From: Anthoceros angustus
Lineage: Eukaryota; Plantae; Anthocerotophyta
Length of the DNA: 64,000 bases
Assembly (NCBI GenBank): GCA_010909165.1
Contig: VJWM01000218.1
Location: 253,994 to 317,993, forward strand
Direction: 5' to 3'
Of this stretch, positions 1 through 15,306 are shown piece after piece. The position numbers were made by a program, and so were the translations under genes. The notes under the pieces were generated by a model. It saw nothing but the letters and a program-made list of their open reading frames with translations, was not told where the DNA came from and ran no database searches. How positions within the stretch are numbered: the first letter of the stretch is position 1; every line of letters begins with the position of its first letter.

Positions 1-399
1 CATCTGCGGACATCACCATGGTGGACACATCACACAGTTAGCCAATGACTGATGCCCATAAGTTTTGGTGTTGCTTCCTGCAGCGTCCGCTTCGTGACTT
101 TGCACAAAATTAATCGCTACAGTGTAGGGAGTTTTCTGGAACAGCATACTAACTTACTATTCCAAGCTCCCAAGACCTTTTCCCTGATATACAGATGCTT
201 GGGACCAATTGTGAGCACTGATTTACTGCATCATTAATATATGCAAACTCTCCTACAGAAGCACTGTACGCCAATAGCTCATTTTGAACTCTCCTCTGGT
301 TTTCTTAAATCAGGTGTAACAGCCAGCAAGTAGCCACCAAATCAGGCAATATAGCGCTTCTCCCCTTCAAAACCCCAGCATGGCCCTCACCCATCTACT

Positions 400-845
400 T
401 CAGACAAGTATACAGCCTCAGGCCGCCCACCACGAGGTCCTGAACAAAGCAAAACCCTCCAGTTATGCTGCAGAATTTCGACCAACTCTGCACCTTCTTG
501 AGAACTGAGAGGTAACAGACAGCTAAGCCCAGCTGGAGTTTGCGTATGCAAACATGTTCACTGAGGATTGTGCGACTGCAAATAGCTGCAGCACTTGGCC
601 ACCAACACGGAATCCCAACCCTGTAACTGGGCACATTGCTTCCCGCTCAACTTGAACCTCGCGAAAGGGCAACTTCTCCCCGTTTTTCATCCATTGGTCC
701 CCAGTCCTATAAGATTACAACCAACATGCAAGCCCATGATAGCAGGGCATTTAGCATGGGCTGGGAAGGCCCTCGTTTCCACAGGGCAATGCTAGAAGAC
801 GTCACTGTCGCACCTGACTCGGTAACATTCTTGTGCCTACTGTAG
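400..845 (+). pseudogene. Degenerate PLS-PPR remnant
   Basis: Translation near 790-845 gives MLEDVTVAPDSVTFLCLL, a PPR P/L junction. There is no continuous frame. Confidence 0.4.
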
Positions 846-1025
846 ACATGAGCTTCAATCTGACCGTATATTCATGGCGTAGACCATTCTGATCCTTGGG
901 TGGGGCAAGGCAAGATTGGTATGAATAACAATAATAAAAGTGGCGTTCAGATAAATAGTCTAGGTACAGTTGTGTGGTGAGCTTTTACACTACTAGGTAC
1001 TAGAAGTAGGCTAATGTTTGGATGA

Positions 1026-2224
1026 TCAGGTTTGGCCGAAAAGCCATGCAAAAAGAGCACAGCATCCGCCACTCTCTGCTCCTCGGTCGGTCTTCTTAAC
1101 CTGTGCCAAGGAAACGAGGAACGCTCAGCTGCTTGAATTCAAGCATCGCACAATCCTGACCTAGACTCCTTGATTTCATGCGCTGCACAATCCTGATATA
1201 AACGCCCACAAAACGAACAAAGTAAATAAACGTGAATCTCTCTTCTTACCTGATCCACAACCAGGATTGGCACAGGATTCCTGTCCAAGGACCCATCGCT
1301 GACGCGCTGCGCGGCCACGACCGTCTTGTCTTCCACCGACGTTCTCTCACCGTTTTGGCGGGGACCGTCTGTCGTATGACTAGGTGGCAGGTCCTCAGTG
1401 GGCTCGAGCGGCGAGGAGCTGGGTTCCTCGGATTCCTCCTTGCCCTTCCCACCTGAGTCGGGCTCAGCACCAACCTCAGCATGCCCATCGGGTCGCTGCT
1501 GGGTTAGCTCTGCACCCTCGCTGAAGCTCGAGAGCCGAACCCATTCTTCCGTCTGGGAATCCCCAGCTGGGGCGTCCGCCTGCGAGTACCCACCCTTCCC
1601 ATCATCTGCTTGCTCCTGGGTCAGCTCTGGGCCCTCGCTGAAGCTCGAAAGCCGAACCCATTCTTCCGTCTGGGAATCCCCAGCTGGGGCGTCCGCCTGC
1701 GAGTACCCACCCTTCCCATCATCTGCTTGCTCCTGGGTCAGCTCTGGGCCCTCGCTGAAGCTCGAAAGCCGAACCCAGTCCTCCGTCTGGGAAGCAGCAG
1801 CCTGGGCACCGAGCTGCGACTCCGCATCCTTCCCTAGCGGACTGCTGGGAGCGGAGATGTCCTCGCTGGAGTCACTGGAAGTGTCAGGGCTGGTGCTCTC
1901 AGCTGCCATCGCGCACAGAGGATAATGAAACCTCAAAACCCCGAATGCATTATGGGCAGAGCAAGCAACCAGGTCAGGTCGAGCGCAACCCGCACCTACT
2001 CATTCCACATTAGGAAACTCCTCCCAGGCAGCATGCAGCCCTCACAATTCAATCAGCAAACAGGAAAGCAACCAAACCAAAATTTGGATCACCAAGGAGG
2101 CAGCAACACCGAACCAGCTACCTGAACCCTGCGACTGCCCGTCGCTTCCATCGCTTTTGGACCCGAGCTGCTGCTGCTCCTTCAGCTTCTTGGCTCTCGC
2201 GCGCTTCTTCGGCCCAGACGGCAT
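1026..2224 (-). CDS. Uncharacterised disordered plant protein (MPSGxKKR N-terminus, C-terminal CC motif); exons 2224-2122, 1902-1250, 1100-1026
   Basis: Begins MPSGPKKRARAKKLKE. GT-AG junctions are phase-compatible (103+653+75 nt). The last exon reads VKKTDRGAESGGCCALFAWLFGQT*, like the 'CCxLF' tail of this plant family. Confidence 0.7.
1499..1792. repeat. 117-bp (39-aa) coding tandem repeat, about 2.5 copies
   Basis: The unit recurs at 1507, 1624 and 1741 and encodes SQTE(D/E)WVRLSSFSEGPELTQEQADDGKGGYSQADAPAGD. Confidence 0.9.
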
Positions 2225-2978
2225 GATGACAATGGCGATGGAGACAGAAGCACGTATGAAACGAATTCCGAGGGCGAGGGCGTTTCAAGCTGTCAGAATT
2301 CGGGCAAGAATGGAGACAGCCTGAGGGTGAGCGGCCGGTGGGGAAACGGCAATCGCCGCCAACCACGAGAGAGCCCAGCCAGCGCAAGCCAGCCAGCTTC
2401 GTGTTGCGTTGCTTTGCGTGCTGCTGGTAGAGAGATTGGTAGCAGACAAATTACGTACTACTGCAGAGAAGAAATGGGAAATGCAGGGTGCAACATTCAC
2501 CATTTCAGGGCTGACGCTCGGCAACGGATCGGGCATGATCGAGGTCTTGCCTCCGGCTATGGACAGAAATGTAAAATAACAATGAAGACGAGCCTAGAAT
2601 TAGCGCTTCAAATCGGACATTAATGTGCCCTGACACCAACAGTCGGGTTCGGGACGTAGGACTGGTGGGCCCGGTCAGGTAGCTTCTGTCCAGGACATTG
2701 ACCCTTGACGCTATGTGTGCCCGAACTTCCTCCGCCTATCCTATCCTATAATACCCATATCCTGTATTCTCTCTATCCCGATTCCCACCACTGGGTTTAT
2801 CCCATCCCCACCTTTAGGGCAGCAATGTTGTGTGTTTCTCAATCCTATTCAATTGTTTTTACTGTATTCCCTTTAAGGAGTGACTCCCTTTAAGGAGTGA
2901 TATTCATCTCTGAGTTCATTGAAACTCACTATTGCTTGGATGGGGTGTCACCTATCTCAGCGTCTTGGCCCTCCGGGA

Positions 2979-3345
2979 CCACTTATTATGAATATCATGC
3001 CGGGTTGTCAGTTGTTAGGGTTACTCTATATGAAAATCCTAGTGCAAACTGGAGCCCCCTACTTGTTAGTGTATGAGGTTACTCCGTATGAAAATCCTAG
3101 TGCGAAACTTTGATGTATGCTTCGAAATATCTATAAGGTCTTTGCATCCATTGTAGACCGGAGGGCCCACTTATTATGAATATCATGCCGGGTTGTCAGT
3201 TGTTAGGGTTACTCTATATGAAAATCCTAGTGCAAACTGGAGCCCCCTACTTGTTAGTGTATGAGGTTACTCCGTATGAAAATCCTAGTACGAAACTTTG
3301 ATGTATGCTTCGAAATATCTATAAGGTCTTTGCATCCATTGTAGA
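2979..3345. repeat. About 188-bp direct tandem duplication
   Basis: ccacttattatgaatatc...ccattgtaga occurs at 2979 and 3167, nearly identical. Confidence 0.9.
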
Positions 3346-4329
3346 GTCTCTGAATTCAGTATCAAGTCTTCAAATTCAATAAAAAAATGTTCATTGGAAA
3401 TGGGTGACGAAAGGTAACACTTCATGATTGTAAGTTTAAGCAAGTTCTAAGGTGAGGGATTCACTATGCTACGAGCTAGGATAATGAGCACGTCTCCAAA
3501 GGATCGGGTGATCTCCAACATGCGGACACTTATGAGCAGTGAGCCTTTAGTGGAAGGGAGCACTTTCTTGAGACTGGAAATCAGCTAAACCACATGCAGC
3601 TTGTTATCCCAGAGGTTAGCTAGTAGCTAACTAGAGGTTAGTTAGTAGCTAACCCTTCGAGTCACGATGTGCGTGCAGGATCATTCTAGGCACGCCTTGA
3701 GCGGAAGGGAGCACTTTCTTGAGACCTAAAATCAGCTAGACTGGTAGTAATCATGATTGAATTTACATTGGGTTTATACAAAAAAATTTGGGCTCTTACG
3801 TTGGGTATATGTAAATGTGGTGAGCTCAATTTTCTCGCGGGTCAAATGGGTGTAGTGCTTTATGCTTCGGATTCACTAACTCTGTTGTGGTGGGAGGTTC
3901 TCGGGACCCCCGGAACCCTCAGCCCTGTAGCGGCCACACTTATCCCACTGTCGGTTCGTACAGTAGGTTTCGTTCCACGAAGGAGTGGGGAGCCCTTCCC
4001 GCGGATGGAGGTGCGCCTCCCCCGATCGACCTCTCCGACTCGACTCTGCAGTGCGCCTGACCCGACTAACCGCCTCCTACCCGCCCGCCTGGGTGACCCA
4101 CCCTCGGTAAGTCACACTACCCTACGCCGCGATGACTCCGTCGGCGCGGACCTACGTCGCGAGAGGCACCGCCCAATCTGCAGCGGCGACCTTGGGGACC
4201 CCCCAAATCACCGTACAGTGGGCAATCCTCCCACCAGCGCAGTTCCTACACTCCCTAAGACCCTTCTCATGACAAATTTGGGGCCGCCCCCTCAAGCTCT
4301 TGTCATAGCCCTTGAAATTCCACCTTCCC

Positions 4330-4550
4330 CTCTCTTTTCTAGGTTTCGTCCTCCTCTCTTCTCTTTTTGTCTTTTTGTCTTTTCTCTCTTGCTCCTTCCT
4401 TCTCCTCTCTTGCTCCCTATCCTCTCTAGCTCCTCTCTCGTCCTCTCTCGCTCTCACTCTCTCGCTCTCTCGCTCTCTCTCTTTTCTCTTTTCTCTCTTT
4501 TCTCCTCTCTTCTCCTCTCTTCTCTAATCTACCTCTTCCACTCTTCCTAG
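4330..4550. repeat. CT-rich low-complexity tract
   Basis: Almost purely pyrimidine on the + strand. Confidence 0.85.
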
Positions 4551-4920
4551 CTAACTATCAGCCCTGGGCGCCTCCTGGCCTCCCAGCAACTGCCTCAGAT
4601 CATAGGGCATTGCCCTCACGGACCTAGGCCAGACATTTGGCTGCAAGTGACGTCCTGCGTGCTGGATTTTGCTAGGGGTCTTCCCTTTACCGTGCACTGC
4701 TATTGCAACCACAATGCCTCACCGCCGAACGCTACCCACTACCTCAGAAGAAAGGTTTGGGCCCGCCCTCACCACAGTCACCGCACCTCAAGACCCTACG
4801 GACACCATGCACCCTCACACGGTGCAAGACGCACGCTTGTGTAGCAAGACAAGCACACAGTCGAGAGCAAGGCATGACATTTTATTATGGGAGCTCCTCC
4901 CCTCTTATAGGAGCTCCCCA

Positions 4921-5236
4921 AACCCTAGCATTAATTAACTCGGTGGGGTAGGTGGGGTTGCTTACGGTTTTAAGTAGGTGGCCTCTTAAAGGTTCTTAAC
5001 CTACCTCCTAACAATCCCACTAACCCCTAGCATTAATTAAGTGGTGGGGTGGGGTGGGGTTGCTTCGGTTTTAAGTAGGTGGCCTCTTAAAGGTTCTTAA
5101 CCTACCTCTAACAATCCCACTAACCCCTAGCATTAATTAAGTGCGGTGGGGTAGGTGGGGTTGCTTCTGATTTTAAGTAGGTGGCCTCTTAAAAGGTTCT
5201 TAACCTACCTCCTAACAATCCCACTAACCCCCTAGG
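4921..5236. repeat. About 100-bp tandem repeat, 3 copies
   Basis: aacccctagcattaattaa...ggtggggtaggtgggg...aacaatcccact starts at about 4921, 5021 and 5121. Confidence 0.9.
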
Positions 5237-6927
5237 GGTCTTAATGACCCATTCACTCCCCTACCAACTATTTACCTACTTCTTCTTGGGTGTTGGCATG
5301 GCCAGGCGCCCAACCACCGTCTTCCTCCTCTTGGCTTGGGGACTGTCCCCTGTCCGGATCTCTTCACTCGTCGTCGCGACAAGCACAAAAGACTAAGGAA
5401 TGGGGGTCAAGCCTGCTGAAGAGGCTGACTACCCACTACAGTTGATGATGAAGCCTCCTTGACGGTGGGGGAAGGCGCTGGTATCATGGATGACAAGCGC
5501 TAGGACCTTCCTGCAGGAGCTGCGTTCAGGGACGCATGTAGCTCAGAGCGCGCAACTGCATGCGTCCATGCATATTTGCATGACTACGTAGTAATATATC
5601 TATACACACGTAGGACATTTCACTTTCAGCATCCGTTAAATCCTCCACCAAGAATGTGGTTGCACCACATTCCTCCAGCACAACCTGCCATAGCCAAACC
5701 AAGTGGAAATAGAGAAAACATACCAATCTATACGGATCACGATGTCAAGTGTCAGATGCTAGGGGTATGAATATTCCAGGAAAGGTGTGCCCTTTAGCAA
5801 TCCTCACATGCAAACCGGATAAATGTGAAGTGGGAATGCTTTGCTCTACGCTGCTCCATCTCCTCGTGCAGCAGATGTCGATAAGGTCTGTTGCCTAGAC
5901 TCCACGGAGTTGTAGGATCAACCAACGAGTTGAGGTCACTTTTGGGAGCACCTAGAAGCCTTTCAAGGAATAAATATATTTAACAATCTCGCATTATCAT
6001 GAGCTTTGTCTCGCCAAGTCGCTTGTGCTCCATGAACCAACTTTAGCGATGGTAGTGAGGGAAAAGTGTTAAGTTACGAGCTCTGTGTGAACATCTCATG
6101 CATGACAGTATGTCAGGCCGCTCATGCGTCTTATATGTGGTTGTGACTAATATGACAGACCTCGTCCTTTGCACTTCAGTTGGAAATATGGAGTAGAAAC
6201 GTCGCCATCTTAGTTTTGGCTCCCGTGTCTTTGATGTGTTTCAGCCGCTCCGTGGGAGGCCCACAGATGATTGTGGGAGACACCGTTGTTGCCGTGTCTT
6301 TCTTCTTCTTCCCATGTTCAAGAGCGAACGATGCATATGGATAAGGAGACTGGGTTGTGCGAGTAATTTCGTTTGCAAACTTCTTTCCATGAATTGTACA
6401 AGTATTGTTATATTATGTACAATTATGGTTATATTATGCACAATTATGGGTATGTCTTCAAATTTTAAAATTGAATAGGTGGTGAAAGTAATTCTCGATC
6501 TCTCTCATGTTTGCTCGTGCATATCGCACGCGTGTATCTTGAACATCGAAAGTCTTGATACTTCCGCAACCACTTCTTAGGGGTCATGTGATTTTTTATT
6601 TCGTTGCATTCTTTAAGCAAGTATCTGTCTATTTTCATCAAATATAAATACATCTACTTTGATTCAAGAAAATTAGCATATACCTCTAAGATAAAATATG
6701 CATAAATTTTAATCAATATATGTATAATTATGCAAAAATTAGTATCTTTGTATGCATATATTTGATGTTGTCATCAAAAGGGTTGTCTTACTTCCAAAAC
6801 TAGGTTTTGAACAAATTAATTGTAGATACATAAGAAGGTGGTGATGTTTGGCGTAATTATCAGACTTTAACACGCACAAATTCAAAATTAATTCACATGA
6901 ATTGAAAAATATTATGATACTTATTTT

Positions 6928-7392
6928 TTATGGTTTTAAAGATTCTCCAATAATTGATATTTCTTTTTCATTGAATTCTACAGGTCTATATGCTAAAAAA
7001 CATGATTGAGTAGCAGCTTGACCAGCTTCAGCATTTTGGCATTTTTCATCTTGAAGCCCAAGAATGTAATAAAGCTGATGAGCCAAAAAACCTAGACATT
7101 TTTGGCACTCATCCACACTTATAGTGGGCTTGCATTGAACCCTACATATAATTGAATTATCTTGACTATATCCTTCATAAGTTTGAAAGTTTCTTGCGTC
7201 TTGTTGTTCTACATAGAATTCGGTCAATCCATACAAAGTTGTTCGCACTTGTTCATTATAGTAGGTACCTTCAGCGCCTTGAGAATGCTTACCAAAACAT
7301 TCATGAAAGAATATTACATTTGAGTTCAATTGTCCATTTACACTTGTTATGTTATAAAGTATTAACATACATAGTAATATTGAGCATCTCAT
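6928..7392 (-). CDS. Secreted single-domain DUF26/Gnk2-homologous (stress-antifungal) protein
   Basis: Signal peptide MRCSILLCMLILYNITSVNG, the C-x8-C-x2-C motif (CKPTISVDECQKC) and a C-terminal C...SCFLAY. Intronless. Confidence 0.8.
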   Translation of the reverse strand: MRCSILLCMLILYNITSVNGQLNSNVIFFHECFGKHSQGAEGTYYNEQVRTTLYGLTEFYVEQQDARNFQTYEGYSQDNSIICRVQCKPTISVDECQKCLGFLAHQLYYILGLQDEKCQNAEAGQAATQSCFLAYRPVEFNEKEISIIGESLKP

Positions 7393-8005
7393 TTTATCAG
7401 TCTTTAAATTCTTAAAATTTAAAGATAAATTTTTATTCAACATAATGAAGCTTCCTAGATAGTTTTGCATGTTTCATAAAATGTAAACCCATCTCCTAAG
7501 GAAGCCCCCTTTATACTGGGGCTAACTATTGACTTGATTCCTTTTCCCAAAACAATCTCTCAGGTCAAGAGATTTCTGCTCACTTAAATTCCAGAAAGTC
7601 AATAATTAGATATTTTTACATATGTAGGGAGGTAGGTACTATCTTTTGATTGGAAAAGGTGTTGTTTTACTGCCTTCAAAATATTCAAGCTCTGGGGTTC
7701 ATGCACAAGGAGAGAGCTTCTTTGAAGTTGGGGTGGCATATGTTAGTCGGCTGAGGATGGTTATGCGCAATATTGTCTGACGTTAGTACCCAGTCAAATC
7801 CCTGAGGTTAGTATTTACGAAGTGTAAAGGCAAAATTTTGCGTCTTAACAACCATAGAGGTCTCCTTGCCAGATAAAAACTGTGAACCAGGTTCGTGTGT
7901 GAGGAAGCTTCCGGCACTCTGAAAACTCAAAGAACCCGACACTCAAGATCTCGCAATCGGTCCTTTGACAAAATGTGCACTCTTGATACATAAGCCCTTG
8001 TATGC

Positions 8006-10031
8006 CTAGTTAATCCTGTCAAGTGCAGCAAACAGAGCATCTGTATGCTCAGGTTTACCCACTGAGATGCGGATATACCCATTCAGTTCCTTGTTGTCGT
8101 AGTGCCTTACCATGACCCCTTCCTTCATGAGGTCCGCCTGAAAAAGTGTAATGTATGTGAGATAAAGGAAGGGTGAAGCTGGTGGGAGGAATATGAATGT
8201 CTAGATGCCAGCATCTCACCTTCACTTGCTTGGCCGTCTTGCCGTTAGCCACATGACATAGGATGAAGTTTGCATGACTCTGGTATGGTACGAGAAAAGG
8301 AACATCCTGCAGCTTCTTGAAGAGCCTCTCTCTCTCTTTCACGAGGGCATCCTTCACTGTCTGAAAGAAAGCGCAACATCGGAAGATGAAGGGCAGATAT
8401 AGGACACACAGGAGCAGGAGAGGAGATTTCACAGTAGAAACCAAGTGAACTATACCTCCAGGTATTCTGTGTGCTTCAGAGCGACACATGCAGCCACCTC
8501 AGCTGCTGCTGAGACGTTGTAAGGCTGTTTAGCACGCCACAAGTACTCGATGATGCTGAGTGGGAACCCTCCATACCCAACACGGAGGCCTGCCAATCCT
8601 GCTCAGGGGATGGGAGTAACGTGGATATGAGTAAGTGAATCCAAGTAAGGAGACTGCGTGTCATATAATACCTGCACGTTTGCTGAAAGTCCGAAGCACA
8701 ATGAGGTTTTCGTACTGTGACACCCATTGGATCCTGGACTGGGAGGTTGAAAATTCGATGTATGCCTCATCCAGTACCACTAGAACTGGGAGTTTCAAAA
8801 TTTGTAGCAACTGGTCCTCCCCAATCAGGCTGAACAAAGCAAGATTCGTCCATTTGAGTGAGTATGACGATAACACACAGGTAAGCCGAGAACAGCAGCA
8901 ACGTCGCTCACCAGCCATCTGGGTTGTTAGGCGAGGTAAGGAAAAGGATCTTAGGCTTGTGCTTATGAACGGCTTCGACAATGCTTGGTACATCCAAGCT
9001 GAAATCAGCAAGCCTTGGGACTGCACAGAACAGGCACACGATTTAATGGTTTAGACAACCTCGTGCATCAAATTGTGAGGATAAGCTTAGCTCAGTATTG
9101 AGTCAGCCGTGCCTCAGAAGCTCACATCAAGAAGCAAACAGCCCAGAAAAGCTCCCAAGCTAACATGTACCGGTGAGCACCTTTCACCACCGAGGCCCCA
9201 TTCACAGCAGCATCAAAAGCATACATGGTGAACGTTGGTGGGCAGTCCACGATCTTGTCTCCAACATCTAGAGTACAGCTATTCACAACATAAGAAACAC
9301 CAGGTAAAACACCCAAAACCCAATAGTACATCCTCCACACCGACAAGGAACACAACCTGATGCCCAGAACCAGAGAACACCAAATACACGACCCGTACCG
9401 CATGATGAGATCTATGAGCTCATCTGCACCACATCCCACAAGGATGTGCTCCGCATCCAGGCCAGTCTCCTTAGCTAATGCTCCTCGAAGTGTCCGTGTC
9501 TGAGGATCTGGATAAATATTGGGAAACTCCATGCTACCCAGAGCTTCCAGAACCTGCACCCCACCACGCAAAAATGCCCACTAAAAACCCAACTCCCCAG
9601 AATCAAGACTCTGCTCGCACTGGATCGATGGGGTTCCAAAACACACCTCAGGAGGTGGTCCATACGGGTTCTCGTTAGCATCAAGCTTCACAATATCCTT
9701 GGGAGACCTACCCAGCCGAGCCGACAGCACCTGCACGGTGATAGCAACAATCTCACGCTCACGTTAGTACCAAGAACCAGGGCTGACATCACAGCACCAA
9801 ACAAATGCTGGAAACCATGCTCACCTCAAAGGGCTCGATGGGCTTGTAGGCTGCCAGCTCCAGGAGGTGAGGTCGGATGAAAGATGCCCCTCCAGGCATC
9901 CTCACCTCAGAGTTGGCAGCAGGCATTTGTGTGGATGTAGAGGCTCTGCAACCACACACCCCGATGTTGCTCCTCACACAAACCCTGGCCACAGGCATTG
10001 GGGCGATGCTGATATTCTGCTGGAGAGGCAT
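8006..10031 (-). CDS. HISN6: Histidinol-phosphate aminotransferase, plastid (multi-exon)
   Basis: Exons give FIRPHLLELAAYKPIEPFE, VKLDANENPYGPP, GCGADELID, VVLDEAYIEF, the PLP-lysine motif RTFSKRAGLAGLRVGY, and YIRISVGKPEHTD. Confidence 0.93.
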
Positions 10032-10403
10032 CGGAATCGCCCACAAAATTGCAAGAATCAGCCACCCGGACAGGACTGCTTGCTGCTTGCTTGCATGAGA
10101 CGGACAACTGCCCGTCCACTTATACAAGCTAAGGTAAGTGAACTAGAGTTGATTTCTGTTCAGCAACGTCTGACTAGGTAGCTAGGCAGGCAGGTAGTGA
10201 TGGGATAAACGTTGTTTTAGCGCAGTTTTGCCTCGGGCATAAGTCCTAATGCCAGAGCCTGAACTTTGTCTTGGGGTCTTCGTTAGTGAAAGAGGAAGGC
10301 CAGCAGCTGGATTGACAGGAACTGCAGGAAACCGACAGGACAAACCAGAAAGGGACGCGGGACATTACGACCCAGCAAGCCGAAATCAAGGAAATTGCAC
10401 AAA

Positions 10404-12942
<2,539 letters not shown>

Positions 12943-14699
12943 GGTTTGTTTGTGCATGTTCGTAGTTCGGCAGATTAGGCCTGGAGACATCCAAGTTCAG
13001 TGTTCAGTTTTAGTGCTTGAGGATAGTTTGAAAGACATTCAGCCTATCTACTTGCATAGTTATATCCGCCCGGACTTTTTGATTTGCTTTCGCTTCCTGT
13101 TTCTTTTGAGATGGTGACTGCCCTGTCCATTTGATTTTTGGGTTGTGAAAGGCCTTTCAGCTTGAAAGACATCAACCTGGGATTGTGAGGACTGCAAGCG
13201 TCTCAAGAGAATGGTGTTGGGGAGAAGGAGAGGTGAGGAGAAGAGAGGGAAGGATAAGCAGAGGAATTGCTCACGGTTCACCCCCAACAAAATAAAAACA
13301 TCGAGCGAAGAACAACAATCTTCGAGCATGCATATCGCAAGGCCATGTGCTGCCACGACGGGAGCATGTGGGTATTGGGTACTGTAGAGTGTCCATACAA
13401 TGTAGGTACAGCGTAAGGCAATGGAAGCGGATCGAAGCAGAGCAGAAGTCAGCCGAGATCCGGTGCAGGCAGGAAGCGCAATTCCTCTAGCAGGGCCCAC
13501 TGCTGTTGCACCATGCACTTGTCATGTCGGGTGGAGAGCACCTTTTTGGGAGATGGCAGACCGGGAGTCCGGACAAGAGGTGATGGCGCGCCCTGCACGC
13601 AACGTCCCTCCGGAGCCTGGACCACTTTTTACGATTCCCGAGAACCTCACATTCAAGTCCCGCCCTATTACCGGGAAGGACCCCCCTTGCATGCTGCCCA
13701 TCGCCCAGTGTGCCTTGAAGCGAAAGCAAGATCCGGCGGGCCGCCATAGCTGCCTGGTCCGGAGAACCTTCCCCGAGGCAGATACCCACTATTAATTGCC
13801 ACTGGTATGGAGCACAAGCTCCGGAAGTCGACATCCTTGTACCAAGTTGTACGCCGAGTGCAACATGCCCCACATCAATCTCATCCCTTCCTTGTCAGTC
13901 GTGACCTATCATTGGCTTGATGAACCTGGGGCCCGGTGTGCAGAGATAATATCCTATGTCCATAAACAACTGGAGGCTTGCAGACTCGGTGACGAGATCT
14001 GAAGCAGACAGAGATAGCAGATGTCCATAGCTGGCTAGGCTCTCCGCATTGCGATCATGTATGATGTATACATACTGTGGTTGTGATCGATCTCCCAACT
14101 TGCTGGTCTTAACCGACTGAAAAGGTCAGATCCTGTGCATCCACATCGTTTCAACAGCGTGTATGTAGATACTATGGTGGTGCTCCAGCTCCTTAACCGA
14201 CTGGAAAGCTCAGATCCACACTCCAGCGCATCAACATCGCTTCAACAGCATGCACAATCAGTTCCCTGATACTGCGTTTGTTAGGATCTCCTACAGGGTT
14301 ATATGCAGTTGGATGTCCACTTTCCTAGTGACAAACCCTATCGCCCACAAAAAGGTGAGACAGTGAAGTATGCTATGCAAGCTTTCCAATACACCTGATC
14401 CAAGATACGAGGAGGGCATCGGGTACGTACATTGCTAGTAGATGGTGCCAGGACACACACATCAAGAGCGTTGGAGAGACCACGGCTTTTGCTTTGTTGA
14501 ACGTCGAGACCTGGAACTGCCATGACAGGGACAAAGTCGACGGTAGCACGAAGGCCGTTGCTCCACATCAAGAAGGCCTGTTGATTCAGAACGGCGTAAC
14601 CGGTACGGCAGGCAACCAGCAGGTGACGTCTGTGCAACACATCCTTGGAGCCTGGAAGTAGGCGAGGTATACCTGCGCAATGAGGCATGAGTGAGGAAA

Positions 14700-14915
14700 T
14701 TGCAACGGCGTGTTCACAATTGACCGGAACTGCTCTTCACATGGACAGGAAAATGCAATGAGGTGCTCACATGTGAGGAACCAGAACTGCTCCTCTTCAC
14801 ATTGATAAGAAAATGCAATGAAGTGTTCAGAAGTGACCAGAACTAGAACTGCTCCTCTTCACATTTATAAGAAAATACAATGAATTGTTCACTAGTGACC
14901 TGAACTGCTCCTTTC
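14700..14915. repeat. About 60-bp degenerate tandem repeat, about 3.5 copies
   Basis: gaactgctc(ct)cttcacat...gaaaatgcaatga recurs. Confidence 0.75.
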
Positions 14916-15306
14916 CAGATTGATGCCAATCACAAGACCGAGCTCACGAATTCGTGAACCCCTTCATGACACAGACAGCATATCCAGCCACCCAGCCTGG
15001 GATCATACTGCAAAATTCTGTCCCTGATGGAGGGACCTTTTCTGTCCCTGCTTGAGGAACGATTTCTGTCCCCGATTAAGGGACTAGGTCAGAATGTAGT
15101 CACATGGCACGACCCCGCCTAGACCGTATTGTACAGAGGCTATGTAACAAGCAACTTCTCACTCACATTCCACGAGGGAAGCCATCGCAGGTGTACCAAA
15201 TCTGTATTTGCCAGCATCAGCGTCAACAGCAGCATCAGCAGCTCAGCTGCTCCCTTCCTCCTCACGGATCCCAGCAAGCGCTCAATGTATCGACTACAAC
15301 CCAACG

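Noticed and set aside
3753-4550. 265-aa ORF and its antisense ORF as genes
   Set aside because: Driven by low-complexity CT sequence, with no recognisable domain.
4921-5236. CRISPR-like or telomeric array
   Set aside because: The whole 100-bp unit repeats without variable spacers, and there are only isolated AACCCT-like words rather than a TTTAGGG tract.
7628-7665. Shared motif aggtaggtact..ttttgat..tggaaaggtgtt with 24978-25035
   Set aside because: Too short and gapped to support a regulatory or TE call without a genome-wide search.
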